Below are positions 1 to 12,633 of a stretch of 64,000 nucleotides of DNA, piece after piece. Origin of the DNA: the human T2T-CHM13v2.0 reference genome, Homo sapiens; assembly GCF_009914755.1 (NCBI RefSeq), contig NC_060927.1; one strand, written 5' to 3'. The translations under genes and the position numbers were made by a program. Each line of letters opens with the position of its first letter. The stretch's first letter is position 1. The notes under the pieces are model-generated. The model made no database searches, was not told the DNA's origin, and was given only the letters and a program-made list of their open reading frames with translations.

Positions 1-1671
1 ATAGAAAGCAACCTGATTATTTCTTCTTTTTAATCAAAATTACATATCATCAGGATCTGAAGCAAAACAATTGGGAAACCAGCAAAATAATTTCAAAGTA
101 TATCACATGCACATTAGTGATTATTAACTCTCTCAGCACCTGAGGCAGATGCAATTATTAGTTAATACAGGAGTCATTTATTTTCATAAGATTTCCAGCC
201 TCATTCCTTCCCTCTACTTCATATATTTAAAAATAACCAAAGTGTCTTTTTCAAAAACATTTAAATTTATCTTTTATGTTCCTATGAAAAGTCAGTTCAT
301 ACTGACTCTCAAGATTTTAAAACTGGTTTATATAATATTCATAGTTTACAGTTAGTGCCTTATGGACAATTAATACTGACTTACATAGCTTTCAAAAATG
401 TTCATGTGTACTTGGTTTTGTAAAAACAGTATGTTGTTTATGAATCTGAGTTTAGTCTCCTACTTGTAGTGACCTCTTTGTAACAAGACATAGAACAGAA
501 ATCTGTGATAGACACTTATTTTCCCTTTTCTGCAGTGTCATATGTCTGGAGGAGTAGGCTGATGAAATGTAAGCTGCAGAGTACAATGACCCTCACAAAA
601 TAGCCTCAGCAAGTTTCCATGAGGCCAAGACACGTCAACCATATTTCTTGGGTTGGTAGATCATTGCTGCCCTCTTCAACTATGGTAAATTGCGAAAGAT
701 GTGGGTTATCCTAATGGCCCCGGGTAGATGCTTACAAATCTCTAAAATAAAATGCTACCGCTGCAAAAAAGAACACTAATTCTTCTAAGAAAAAATTAGA
801 TGAGTTTCATTGCACAAAAATGTGTGTGAATGTGCAAAATAAATTGCCATGAAGACACACCTCTAACCTCTCCATTTATTCCCATATCCACAACAAGTTG
901 TTCAAGAAAAATGAAAATTCTCAGTTTACCTCAATATCCAATTGAAAGCTGCTGCTACCAATGGGACATGGCTGTCAGAAGGCATGAACAGGGAATGCCA
1001 CAGCCAGAACAAAAGAGAATAAGCATTATCCTTTTCCTTAGTGGACACTCGACTGTGCCTTGGAATGAGCATGGAAAGTTTCTCCTCTGAAAATAAAGTA
1101 GCAGCTCCATAGTGCTGATCAATCAGATGGTTGCATTAGTGTATCTTACTTCTTGAGTTCTAACTGAATGTCTGAGAACCTGTGTTCCTACTAGAAAGAA
1201 GAGATAAGAAAGTAAACCTAAATGAACACTGATTGCATAAAAAATAAGAACACAGATATGCTAAAAATTATGTCTTAGGTCAGATTTTATAGAAGCAGAG
1301 TCTGAGGTGAAATTCCTATGGAAATAATTTATTGCAAAGACTTTATTATGCTTCATTCAACAGCTAATAGAACAAACAACAAAAATGATATCAAGGACAT
1401 GCATCTGAATTTTAAAATTAGTTATGATTAGTATGCATGACAAAATAAGACCAAAAGAATAAGAAAGGTCAATGAAGTTAAAATGCTCTAAGTTACATGC
1501 ATTGCATGCTGCATTGTAAAATTATTAACTTATTAAAATCGAATTATTTTTAAATACATTGAAAATACCTAAGATTATTAATTTATCTAACAGTTGAGAA
1601 TGAATATTGTAAACTCTTGGATAACTGGTAAGAGGAAAGTAAAAGATTGATTAATATGTAGCCTCAGAGAT

Positions 1672-2123
1672 TGTCTTAGGTTGGCATCTCTAGAAGTAGC
1701 GCCTGAGTTGGGAATTCTGTGGAAGTGACTGTTGAGGAAGTAATTGCAAGTAAACCTGTGAGGCATGAGGAAAGTGGGCAAGTACAAGGGAGAAACAAAA
1801 CAAAGGTGTAGTTTCAGGAGTACCTTAGCTTCAAGGTGATCCCACCTGGTATTCTTGAGCATATTGATGACAGAGTTATCCCAACTTTAAGTTAAGGGAC
1901 TAGGTTTTTGTATGCTGCCATTTCAGCCAGTGATTGGCTGCTGTTGACCTAGGGTTAGCTAATGTCCCGGGCATTTCGATCCACGTAGATCCCAACTTGC
2001 AGAGAGCACTTCTGAGAAGTGTGTAGCTTCAAGCCATGAGAAACCTACATTTACAGCAGATAGGAGTTTGGCACACCTGCCCAGAAAAGGATAACTAAGA
2101 AGGGAAGCATCAGCATCTAATGC
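1672..2123 (-). mobile_element. Old ERVL-class solo LTR (LTR33/LTR16-like)
   Basis: Starts tgtcttaggttggcatctctagaag and ends cagcatctaatgca, resembling reverse-complemented LTR33 termini. A second short copy of the same terminus lies at ~1271-1340. Confidence 0.55.
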
Positions 2124-2129
2124 AGAAGG

Positions 2130-4440
2130 GAAAATGAAATAATAGAAACATTTAATTAATCCAAAAAGGGCAAAAAATATAGTGAAAAAGTATATAGGTG
2201 GGACAAATAAATAAAAAGTAAGATTAAAACTCAAATTGTTAGTAATTACATTAAATATAAACAGATTAATTTTTCCAATTGTAATACAAAGATTATCAGA
2301 CTGGATTAAAATATATATAAGCTGCTTATAAGAGACCCATCTTAAATATAAAGAAGATTAAAGAAAAGTTAAAAGAATAGATAGTAAAATCCTAAGAAAA
2401 TGCTTACCAATAAAAACATGGTGTAAGCTCTACTAACATGAGGAAAAGTCAATTTTAAGGAAAGAGAATTATGAGAGAAAATAATTTCTATATTGTGATA
2501 ATGAATGATTCAAGCAACCAGAAGTATATAAAAAGTTAATGACATAAGTTTGAAATTTATAAGGAAAAAGTTGACAGAACCAAAAATAGGAATATGTAAA
2601 TCCATAATACTCCCATAATTGTAATGAAAAAATCTAGCATGCATTGCTCAATAACTGTTAGAACATGCAGACAAAAATATCAATAAGGATATAAATCTGA
2701 CAATCAAAATTAACTAACCTGTCTTTATTGACATATATATAATACTATATTCAACTCACATGAGAATTCAACTCCCTTACAAATTGACAAACAACATTTA
2801 CCAAAATTGACCATATGTGGGGTCCATAAGCAGAAGATAATCAAAAAATCTGAAAATTTTAGACATGAAATGATAAACTTTTAAATAATTTTGCTTCAAA
2901 GAAGAAAGCAAAATAAAAGTCAGAAGGTATTTTAAACTGAATCATAATAAAAAATCAGACATATCAAATACTTTTGGGATATAGCTAAAACTGTGATTAA
3001 AAGAAAATGTATAACCTTAAATGTACAGGAAATAAGACATGGATAAGTCAATATTTTTAGTATCTATTCCAATAATTTAGAAAAAGAAAAGCTAATTAAA
3101 CTCAAAGGAAGAAAGGAAGTATATAATACACCAACATAAAAGCAGATGTTAATTAAATATAGAAACATACCATAGAGAATATAAAGATTAGTTATTTGTA
3201 AAGATATATTACATTTATTACTGAGACCAATTAAGGGAATAAATGCAGAGGGAGAGAAGAAATCAAACTACCAAAATCAGAAATGAAAAGACAGACACAA
3301 CAAATGAAATTACACATCTTAAAATCAGATATTTGAAACATTTTATATCAATTAATGTACAAACTTAAAGTCAACAAATTCTTTTTAAAAATGTACTATA
3401 CCAAGGAAACAGATAATTTGAATACTATATCTATTTTAAAAATTGATTCTAGTTAGAACCTCTCCACAAAGAGATCCTCAGGATGAGATGAATTTACTTA
3501 CGAATTCTACCAAACATTTAAGGAAAAAAAAAATAACAAAAATTGTATGTAATTCTTAAGCACTGCTTTTTATGACACCAGCATGATCCTTATCTTAATC
3601 CTTGAAAATAATATCACAAAATAAAATTACATAACAATGTTTATCATAAAAATAGATGCAAATATCCTAGAGAAAAACTGGCAAACCATGTAAGTGAGGT
3701 CTGTGCGTTTGCGTGCGTGTTATTTTCTTCCTTAAACGTTGCTAGATACAAAAAGTCGTTGTGTACAACTCAGCTATATTTCTCTGTAGTAGCAAACTAA
3801 ATTACAAAGCAGAATATAAAAATTATGCTATCTAAATGATACTAGAATTCACCAAATGTTTAGAAATAAATCTAACAAAAGTGTATGAGACTTCTTCTCA
3901 GAAAACACTAAACACTGCTGAGAAAAATTACAGAAGATTCCATTAAATGCTATTAAAGATAACTTAATAAAATGGTAAATTAAATACACTCTGCCCTCTA
4001 GATCCATGAGTTCCGCATTCACAGATTCAGCTAACCATGGATCAAAAATATTCAATATAATAAAACCAGCAAAAAACACCAGCCATTAAAATAATACAAA
4101 TAGAAAACAAAACAGTATAACAACTATTTACACAGTATTCACATTGTATTAGGTATACAATACAGTGTATGATAGAGATGATTTAAAGTATACAGAAGGA
4201 TTGCATAAGTTATATGCAAGTTCTGTGCCATTTTATACAAAGAACTTGAGCATCTGTGGGGGTCGTAGAACCACTCCCCCTCAAATACTGAGGGATGACT
4301 AAAATGTTCTTGCTTTGGAAGAAGTACTGAATAAATGTCAGTTTTCCCAACTTGACCTTTACTCTATCAATGCAAAATTTCTGCAAGCTTTTTTCAAGAA
4401 ATAAAACTAGAACATTAAGAGATGAGTTATATGCTATTTA
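2130..4440 (+). mobile_element. Highly decayed L1M (L1MC/L1ME-age) ORF2 fragment, interrupted by MER2
   Basis: A-rich, with collinear L1 ORF2 landmarks (acatttaccaaaattgaccatatg; gaattctaccaaacatttaagg; atagatgcaaatatcct). No intact frame. Confidence 0.7.
3987..4301 (-). mobile_element. MER2 (TcMar-Tigger MITE)
   Basis: Contains cagtataacaactatttaca...gatgatttaaagtatac...cttgagcatc...gagggatgact, with degenerate TIRs and a preceding TA. Confidence 0.85.
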
Positions 4441-4595
4441 TATGTTGACTATATCTTGATTTATATCTTGATTAGATTTGTGATATTGTCCTTACTTTCT
4501 ATGTATTTTGTTACTATTGTTTAATGTTCAATGTATTAATCTTATAAGCCCATAATATAATTATTACGCCTTTCAACTTTAACCAGTATTTCTCT

Positions 4596-4838
4596 TCTTT
4601 TTTTGTTGTCTTTTTTTTCTTTCTTTCTTTCTTTTTTTTGTTTGTTTTCTTTTTTTAGACAGGGTCTCACTTTGTACTTTGTCATCCAGGCTGTAGTGCA
4701 GTGGTGCAAACACGGCCCACTGCAGCCTCAGCCTCCTAGGCTCAAGTGATCCTCCCTCCTAGCTGGGGCTACAGGCATGTGCCACCACGCCCTACTAATT
4801 TTTGTATGTTTTATAGAGCCAAGATATTGTTCAGGCTG
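4596..4838 (-). mobile_element. 5'-truncated AluJ
   Basis: T-rich tail followed by gacagggtctcac...gctcaagtgatcctccc (J diagnostics). 15-bp TSD aaccagtatttctct (4581-4595) / aatcaatatttctct (4839-4853). Confidence 0.85.
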
Positions 4839-5289
4839 AATCAATATTTCTCTAAATATTTATACACGTCATATTTAATGAATAAAAACAGAATCAAAAT
4901 GTTGTAAGACATTTAAAAATTTATAGCTTCTTCTTAAAAATTCTCTTAAAATCACAAATTTAATATATCAAATTATCTGAAATGCTTTAGTCATCTTAAG
5001 GAAGAAAAAATATGTAAATTATTCCATACATTACAAACTCATTACCATACACTTGCACATAAACACTGCATTTAAACATAGAGAATTTAAATGTGTTCTT
5101 TATCGTCACTATATTTACAATTTTACTTTCTTGAGATTGCCTTTCTAGGATTATTATTGACATTTTTCTAGTATAATATAATACATTATATTTATATCTG
5201 CTTAGGATTACTACAATCACAAGAACCAAAAATATAAAATCTCAGAACAAATACTATTCAGGTTTTCATTAACAACTGATTTTATTTCC

Positions 5290-6030
5290 AGGTTTTGGTT
5301 CTAGAAATTTTCAAATCTAAAAAACAATTTAAATGTTAGTGTTAATGAACCCTTTTAAACTCTCTCCCTAAATTATTCAATATTTAGTGTTTTGCTGTAT
5401 TTATGGTTCTCTTTGTGTGTACATAAGTGATGTGGAATTATTAAAAATAAATTGCAGACATTTTGAAACTTCATTCTTAAATAGTTCAATGTACATTTCC
5501 TAAGGATTTTTTTTAATAACCATAAAATCAATATCACAACTAAGAAAATAAAAACAATAAAATCTAGTATAAGGTCCATAGTTAAATTATACAATTGCTC
5601 TTAAATGCCTTATATACCTGTTGAGTTTTAAAATTTGTATTGTTTTTGTTGTTGTTGGTTTTCTATAATCTGGTATCCAATAAGGTTCACACAATGTATT
5701 TAATTATTCTTTTTTATCTATTTCTAGCTAGAAGAGGCATCTTTCCCTTTTGGCTTATTTTTCATAACAGTAATTTATAGAGTCCAATCAGTAGTTTTAC
5801 AGAATTTTACATATTCTGGATATTTTCTTATTGTCTCTTCATGATTATGCTCAGGCCAAATGTTTTCATTTTTTCCTACAAGAATTCTGCACAGTTAATG
5901 TTGTGTACTTCTTATTGTATATGCTAAGATCCAAGTAATCTTTGGAGATATTTTGAGATGATGTTAATGACCTTTTCTCCCGCAAACATTTACCTAATAG
6001 TTTTAGGATCCATTGATGATCATTGCCTCA
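5290..6030 (-). mobile_element. Old L1 (L1MC/L1ME) 3' region
   Basis: Antisense old-L1 3'UTR motifs (gaaattttcaaatc; tttcctaagga...aaccata; ttttaggatccattgatga). Confidence 0.55.
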
Positions 6031-6393
6031 ACACTGTGATTTATGGAAGGTCTTGAAGTAATTTAAAGATGAACTCAATAAAAATAAAAACTATAGCCAG
6101 ACAGACATTTTTAAAGGTTTATCTAATGGAAGAAGTAGATAAATAATATATAATTCTGAGGGTTAATTTTATTGTTTATTTTGTTATTGTTGCTAAAAGT
6201 TTACATATGGCTTTTAATATAAACCAGTTTCTAAGTCATTCAAGATTTTAAAATAAAGATGTAAATGATCATCAAAATGCATAATATCTAAGAATCACTT
6301 TCATTTCACTCAAAGCACATTAATAGATAACTGTTACAAATATATATTACTTTCATATTCCTATATGTAATTCGACTAAATTTAATGTTAATT

Positions 6394-6570
6394 TGTTGTG
6401 GGGTGGGGGGGAGAGGGGAGGGATAGCATTAGGAGATATACCTAATGTTAAATGACGAGTTAATGGGTGCAGCACACCAGCATGGCACATGTATACATAT
6501 GTAACAAACCTGCACATTGTGCACATGTACCCTAAAACTTAAAGTGTAATAATAATAAAATTTTAAAAAA
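6394..6570 (+). mobile_element. L1PA3-type 3' end (~175 bp, severely 5'-truncated)
   Basis: G-tract, then gggatagcattaggagatatacctaatgttaaatgacgagttaatgggtgcagcacacc...ccctaaaacttaaagt and an A-rich tail. Confidence 0.92.
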
Positions 6571-7099
6571 TGTATTATATATAAATGGAGTAAACCAATT
6601 TCCTTTTGGGATTTTCATAATTAATGAATGATTATAGACATTATTTCTTATGCCCTACATTAAATTTAAGAAGTATTTTCTACACTTTACCTCAAATGCC
6701 TTTAATTATGGTTGAAATGAACAAGAACATTTACCTATGCACTTCAGATAGAGGAGCATGAGCATGAGAATGATGTTTGTCACAAGCAAATAATTACTTT
6801 GAGGATTTACAAATACGCTCAATGGATCCAAAATTATTCAAAAATAGGAAAATAATAAAATGCCTGTTTGGAAAACATGATTTTGAAAAATAATCTGTCC
6901 TGCTCAGTAAAAATAGTTTGCATAACATTATCAGTTAATATTTAATCTCAGGATTGGTAACAATAAATCAGTAAGTGTAAAGGAAAGGTAGAAACCTTCC
7001 TCTTTCCCTCTTCCTCTCTCCCCATCGTTTTCTTCCTTACAGATTATTAGTTGAGTAGTACATAATGGAAAATAAAATACCGATCTTTAAATGAATGGT

Positions 7100-7250
7100 A
7101 ACTAACACTTATCAAGTAGGTATTATGCATCAATCATGGGGATAAGCCCTTTTATTAATTACAGAATCAGATTTAACATTCAAGAAAAGCTTATGTGGTA
7201 GACACTATTCCTCCACCCATTTTATAAATAGAGAAACTAAGGACCATCGG
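7100..7250 (-). mobile_element. MIR, first part (resumes at 13517-13600)
   Basis: MIR core cccattttataaatagagaaactaagg. The continuation gaggttaag...ggcagaatttgaaactgggt appears after the LTR stack. Confidence 0.65.
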
Positions 7251-7251
7251 A

Positions 7252-7779
7252 TGTAGTCAATTTGTGTATTGCAACTACCTACTCATTCCTTCCTAAAAGA
7301 GTCACAATTTTTGTTAATTACCCAATCATCACGCGTGAGTTTGTATTCTCGGGATCTTATCCAATACCAATTTATTTCAATAGAACTGATACCAGTAATT
7401 GTATGAGACCCAACTCCCCAATTCTTCAATCATGAAGAGAAGTTGTCTAATAAGCTTCTGGAAAAAAAAATGTACTCATTAATATCAATGGACACAGAAA
7501 AAAAATGTTTTAGCTTCTTCTCCTGAATATGATTGTGTTTGGGTAATAATAAGATTACTTGCAGTATGAGCTGCAGTTTGAAGATGAAACTGATTATGAG
7601 CATGGTAGATGTGACAGATAAAATAAATTCTGCATCTTTGATAAGATATGCATAAATGTTAGCCAGGGAAAGAACCAGTCCTGAAAGTTGTGCTACCTGT
7701 CCTTATTGTGTAATGAAGTTTAAGTCAGTTTGACTCAGGGTTGCTTTTATATGTAATCAAAAGTATCCTAATTAAAACA
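7252..7779 (+). mobile_element. MLT1J/K/L-type MaLR LTR
   Basis: 3' end tttaagtcagtttgactcagggttgc...aaaagtatcctaattaaaaca matches the old MLT1 terminus. Confidence 0.6.
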
Positions 7780-8971
7780 CAGGTTGTATTAGTCAGAGTT
7801 CTTCAGAGGAAAATAGCCAAATATATATATTTCTGCCTATACATAATATATATTTACATAAATATATTTGTCTATATTATATGTGATATACACAAAAATA
7901 GACTTTTTCAACAAAGAATTGGCTCATGTGATTATGGAAGATGGTGCATCCCAATATCTGCAGGGTGATTCAGCAATCAGGAGACCCAGGAAATCTTACG
8001 GTTTAATTCCAGACTGAGTCCAAATGCCTGAGAACCATAGAAGCCAGTATTGTATTTCCATTCCAAAAGCTGGCAGACTCAAGACCAAGGAAGAGCCCGT
8101 GTTTCCCTTTGAGTCCAAAAGCAGAGCAAAAGCTAGTGTCCCAGTCCGCATCCATCAGGCACAAAGAATTCTCTCTGACTTGGAGGAGAATCAGCTTTTT
8201 GTTCCATTCAGGCCTTCATCTGATTGGATAAAGCTGACCCACATTGTGGAGGGCAGTTTCCTTTACTCAGTCTCCCAACTTAAATGTTAATGTCACCCAA
8301 AACATGCTGAGAAATAACCAGTGTCACATCTGACCAAGTATTTGGTATCCCGTGGCCCAGTCAACACATAAAATTAACCATCACAAGTCTACCCATCGTC
8401 AACTTAGCACATAAATACTTCTTAAATATACAAAATCTTCAAATAAAGACAATGACAAGGTCATGATCCTGCTTAACATGATACAACTCTCCTGTGTACA
8501 ACCAAAAATGCATTAACCCCCTCCCCAGAAAAGTGAAGTTCTTCACTGATGCCTACCCTTCTCCTTGATATCTTATAACTTAAACACTGTATGTAACATT
8601 AAAAATACTTAAATACTATGTTATGAAGTCAATATATCTTATGTCACATGAAAAGTGAATAAAAGGAAAAATAAAACAGATATTTGCTTAATATGTATGC
8701 ATAATTTCCACACACATATGTACATAGATATGCATATACACACACACATTCATAACAAAATAAGGAAGATGGACTCATGACAACTATGGTCCTCATTCCT
8801 TTAACTTGTTTTGTGATTATAGCTGCTATTTATATCTACCTTCTTCCAATGTCCATTTTGCATTATCTTTGCTTTCACCAGGCACTTCAGCTGGCCATGG
8901 TTCTTAACCTAGTAGGGTAACTCAAACTTCTATAAAGGACACTAGTAGAACTGTCTAGATGATTGAAGTTT

Positions 8972-9241
8972 TCAATTGACCTTAATTATAGGGCATGGTA
9001 ATAGTAAGAGACACCTTAAGGGATGTCCTGTATTCCAGACATACATTTTCTTACCTCCATTGTGGACTGGTAGTCCAATTTCTTTTTGGCAGTCAGGATC
9101 AATCAGCCCAGCCAGCACAGTAACTTCCTTTCTTGCCTGATAGTGCAGAGAAATAGGAACTCCAAAGTGACAGAGTGGCGGTCTTAACCACCACTCATTA
9201 GCATCTTTAAATCTAATCAAAGAGTAAATTTCAGAAACCAC
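8972..9241 (-). pseudogene. ERV-L gag N-terminus fused to dUTPase C-terminal fragment
   Basis: LIRFKDANE resembles the ERV-L gag start. WWLRPPLCHFG...VTVLAGLIDPDCQKEIGLPVHNGGKK...PCPIIKVN matches the HERV-L dUTPase. GTG start; the motif III Tyr is replaced by Cys. Confidence 0.85.
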
Positions 9242-10535
9242 AAAACAAATCCAGAAAACTCATCCTTAAAATTCTGTTCTAAGAAATAACAAGGATCAGA
9301 GCAGAAGTAAAATAAAGACTAGAAAAAAAAAAAACAGAAAAAAATTAATGAAAGTTTTGTCTTCCTGAAAAGACAAAATTGACAAAACTTTAGCCAGATC
9401 AATAAAAAAAAAAGAGATGAGCCAAATAACAAAATTAAAATTGAAAGCGGGAACATTATCACTGATAGCAATGAAATACAAAAGATACTAAGGGACTTTT
9501 ATGAAGAGTTATTCCCAAATTGGATAACCTATACAAAAGTATAAATTCCAAGAAACATACAACATACCAAGACTGAATCATAAAGGAATATCTGTTCAGA
9601 ATAATAATGAGTAAGGAGATAGCTTCACTGGTGACTCCTACCAAACATTTAAAGAAAATTAATACCAATCTTTCTGAAATTCTTTCACAAAAAAATAAAA
9701 AGAAAGGCACACTTGCAAACTCATTTTATGAGGCCAGCATTACAGCATATCAAAAGTAGACAAATAAGGACATGATAAGAAAAGAAAATTTCAGGCCAAT
9801 ATCCCTGATGAACATTGATTCAAATATCCTCAATAAAATACTAACAAGTTGAATTCAACAGCACCTCTAAAGGATTATACACTACAATCAAGAGGGATTT
9901 ATTCCAGGATGCAAAATAGTTCAATGTACACAAATTAATAAATGTGATACACATTAACCGAATGAAGGACAAAAATTATAGAATCATTTTAATAGATGCA
10001 TAAAAGTATTTGACAAAATTCAATGTTTTTTAATGATAAAAATCTTCACCCAGTTAAGTATGGAAGGGATGTACTTCGACATAATAAAGAGCATACATCA
10101 CAAGTCCACAGCTAGCATCATACTTGATGGGGAAAAGTTGAAATCTTTTTTCTCTAAGATCATAAATAAGACAAGGATGCCCACTCTCATTGCTTCTACT
10201 CAACAAAATACTGGGAGTCCTAGCTAGAGCAATTAGGTAGGAAGAAGAAATAAAAGGCGTCCAAATCAAAAAGAAAGAAGTAAAATTGTTTTAAGATGAC
10301 ATGATCTTATATATAGAAAACCCTAAAGACTTCATTAAAAAAACTGTTAGAATTAAGAAATTCAAATCAAGATTCAAAATCAGTTAACACAGTATCTGAA
10401 AAGGAAATTAAGAAGATAATACCATTTATAATAGAATCAAAAAGCAAAATAAAATACATAGGAATAAATTTAATCAAAAAGGTAAAAGATCTGAAAACTG
10501 TAAAACACTGATGAAAGAAACTGAAGACACACATA

Positions 10536-10875
10536 CAGTCATGTGCCACATAAGGATATTTGGTCAATGACAAGCCACATACACAACAGTGGTTCCATAA
10601 GATTACAATACTGTTTTTTTACTGTAACTTTTCTACAGCTAGACACATAAATACTTTCCATTGTGTTACAATTCCCTACAGTATTTAGTCCAGTATATGC
10701 TGTGCAGGTGTGTATCCTAGAAGCAATAGCCTATACCACGTAACCTAGGTGTGTAGTAGACCATATATACTGTCTAGGTTTTTGTTAAGTACACACCATA
10801 TTGGCCATACAACAATAAAATTGCCTAAGTATGCATTTATCATAAGTGTCCTCATGATTAAGTGACACATGACTG
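10536..10875 (+). mobile_element. Tigger3a (MER7A) MITE nested in L1MA
   Basis: TIRs cagtcatgtg...cacatgactg, flanked by TA on both sides. The internal sequence matches Tigger3a. Confidence 0.9.
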
Positions 10876-12576
10876 TAAATAAAAACATATGCTGTGTTCA
10901 TGGATCAAAATCAATACTGTCAAAATATCCATGCTACCCTACTATCTGCCATACTACCCAAACTACCCTACCTACAGAATCAATGAAATACCTGTTAAAA
11001 TTCCAATGACTTTTTTCACAGATATTTTTTAAAAATCTTACAATATGTACAGAACCACAAAAGACAGCAGATAGCTAAAGCGATCTTGAGAAAGAAGAAC
11101 AAAGCTGGAGATAGCACACTTCTTGATTTCCAATTATATTACAAAGTTGTGGTAATCAAAACAGCCTAATACTGGCATGAAAACAGATACAAAGGCCAGC
11201 AGAACACAATAGAAAGCCCAGAAATAAACCCACATATATACAGTCAACTAATCTTTAACAAAATTGCCAAGAAAACAAAATGGAGAAGGATGGTGTCTTC
11301 ATTGAATGTGTTGGGGAAGCTGGATAACAACACACATACACACACACAAAATTATATTTTTACCTTACGCCATATGTCAAAATAAACTCAAAATGGATTA
11401 AAGACTTAAATGTCAGACCTAACATTTTTATATTCCTGGAAAAAATTCTAGGGGAAATTCTCTATTACATTGGTCTTGTCAATAATTTGTTTATACGATA
11501 CCAAAATCATAAGCAACAAGAGCTAAACTAAATGAATTGCACTACATCAAACAAAAGAAGTTATGCACAGCAAAGAAAACAAAACAAAAAAGCACCCCAA
11601 AGAATGGGAGAAAATATTTTCAAACCATGTATCCAAGAAAATAAGAATTAAAAAGATAATAGGACTTATAATAGAATCAAAAAGCAAAATAATCAATATC
11701 CAAAATATTTAAGAATCACATAGAACCCAATAGCAAGAAAACAAATAACCTGACTTAAAAATAGGCAAAATAACCTAAACAGACATTTCTGAAAAGAAGA
11801 CATGCAATAGCCAACAGGTATATAAAAATGTGCTGAATTTCATTAATCATCAGGAAAGCATAAGTTAAGACCACCATGAGATAATACCTCACACCTGCTA
11901 GGATGGCTTTTATTAAAAATTCAAAAGATAACAAGGTCTTCAAGCTTATGGAGAAAAGAGAATCCCTTATACATTGTCAGTGGAATGTAAATGAGCACAG
12001 TCTTTATGGCGAACAGTGTGGTGGTTCCTCACAAAATAAAAAATAGAGCTACCATATAATCCAGCAGTCATAGTTCTGGGCATATATCCAAAGGAAATAA
12101 AATCAGTATGTTGAAAAGATATTGGCACTTCCACGTTCACTGAATTATTATTCACCATGGTGTACATATGGAAATAACCTAAGTGTCAACTGAAAGATAA
12201 ATGGATAAAGAAAATGTGATATATGTGCACAATGGAACACTATTTAGCCTTAACCAAAGAAGGACATTCTGCCATTTGTGAAAACATTGATGAATCTGGA
12301 GGACAGCATGCTATGTAAAAGAAGCCAGACACAGAAAAACAAATAGTTCATGATCTCACTCATAGGTGAAATATAAAAGACTGGAACTCATAGAAACAGA
12401 GGGCAGAAGGGTGGCTACAAGGAGTTTAGGGATGGGGGAAATGGGGATAGTGGTCAAAGCATACAAACTTGTAGGTATAAGATGAATAAGTTCTGGAGAC
12501 ATTCAGGAGGTTGACTACAGCTAATGAAAATATATAATTGATATTTGCCAAGAGAGCAGATCTTAAGTATTCTTAC

Positions 12577-12580
<4 letters not shown>

Positions 12581-12630
<50 letters not shown>
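12581..12630. repeat. (CA)25 microsatellite in L1 3'UTR
   Basis: Direct read. Confidence 0.97.

Positions 12631-12633
<3 letters not shown>

Noticed and set aside
536-568. Other AG...GT exon-like pairs (536-568 +, 25517-25568 +, ~37407-37427 -)
   Set aside because: Each has one weak splice site or lies in repeat debris, and such pairs are expected by chance in 64 kb.
6399-6423. G-quadruplex-forming tracts (also ~34851-34872)
   Set aside because: A standard feature of the L1PA 3'UTR, not locus-specific.
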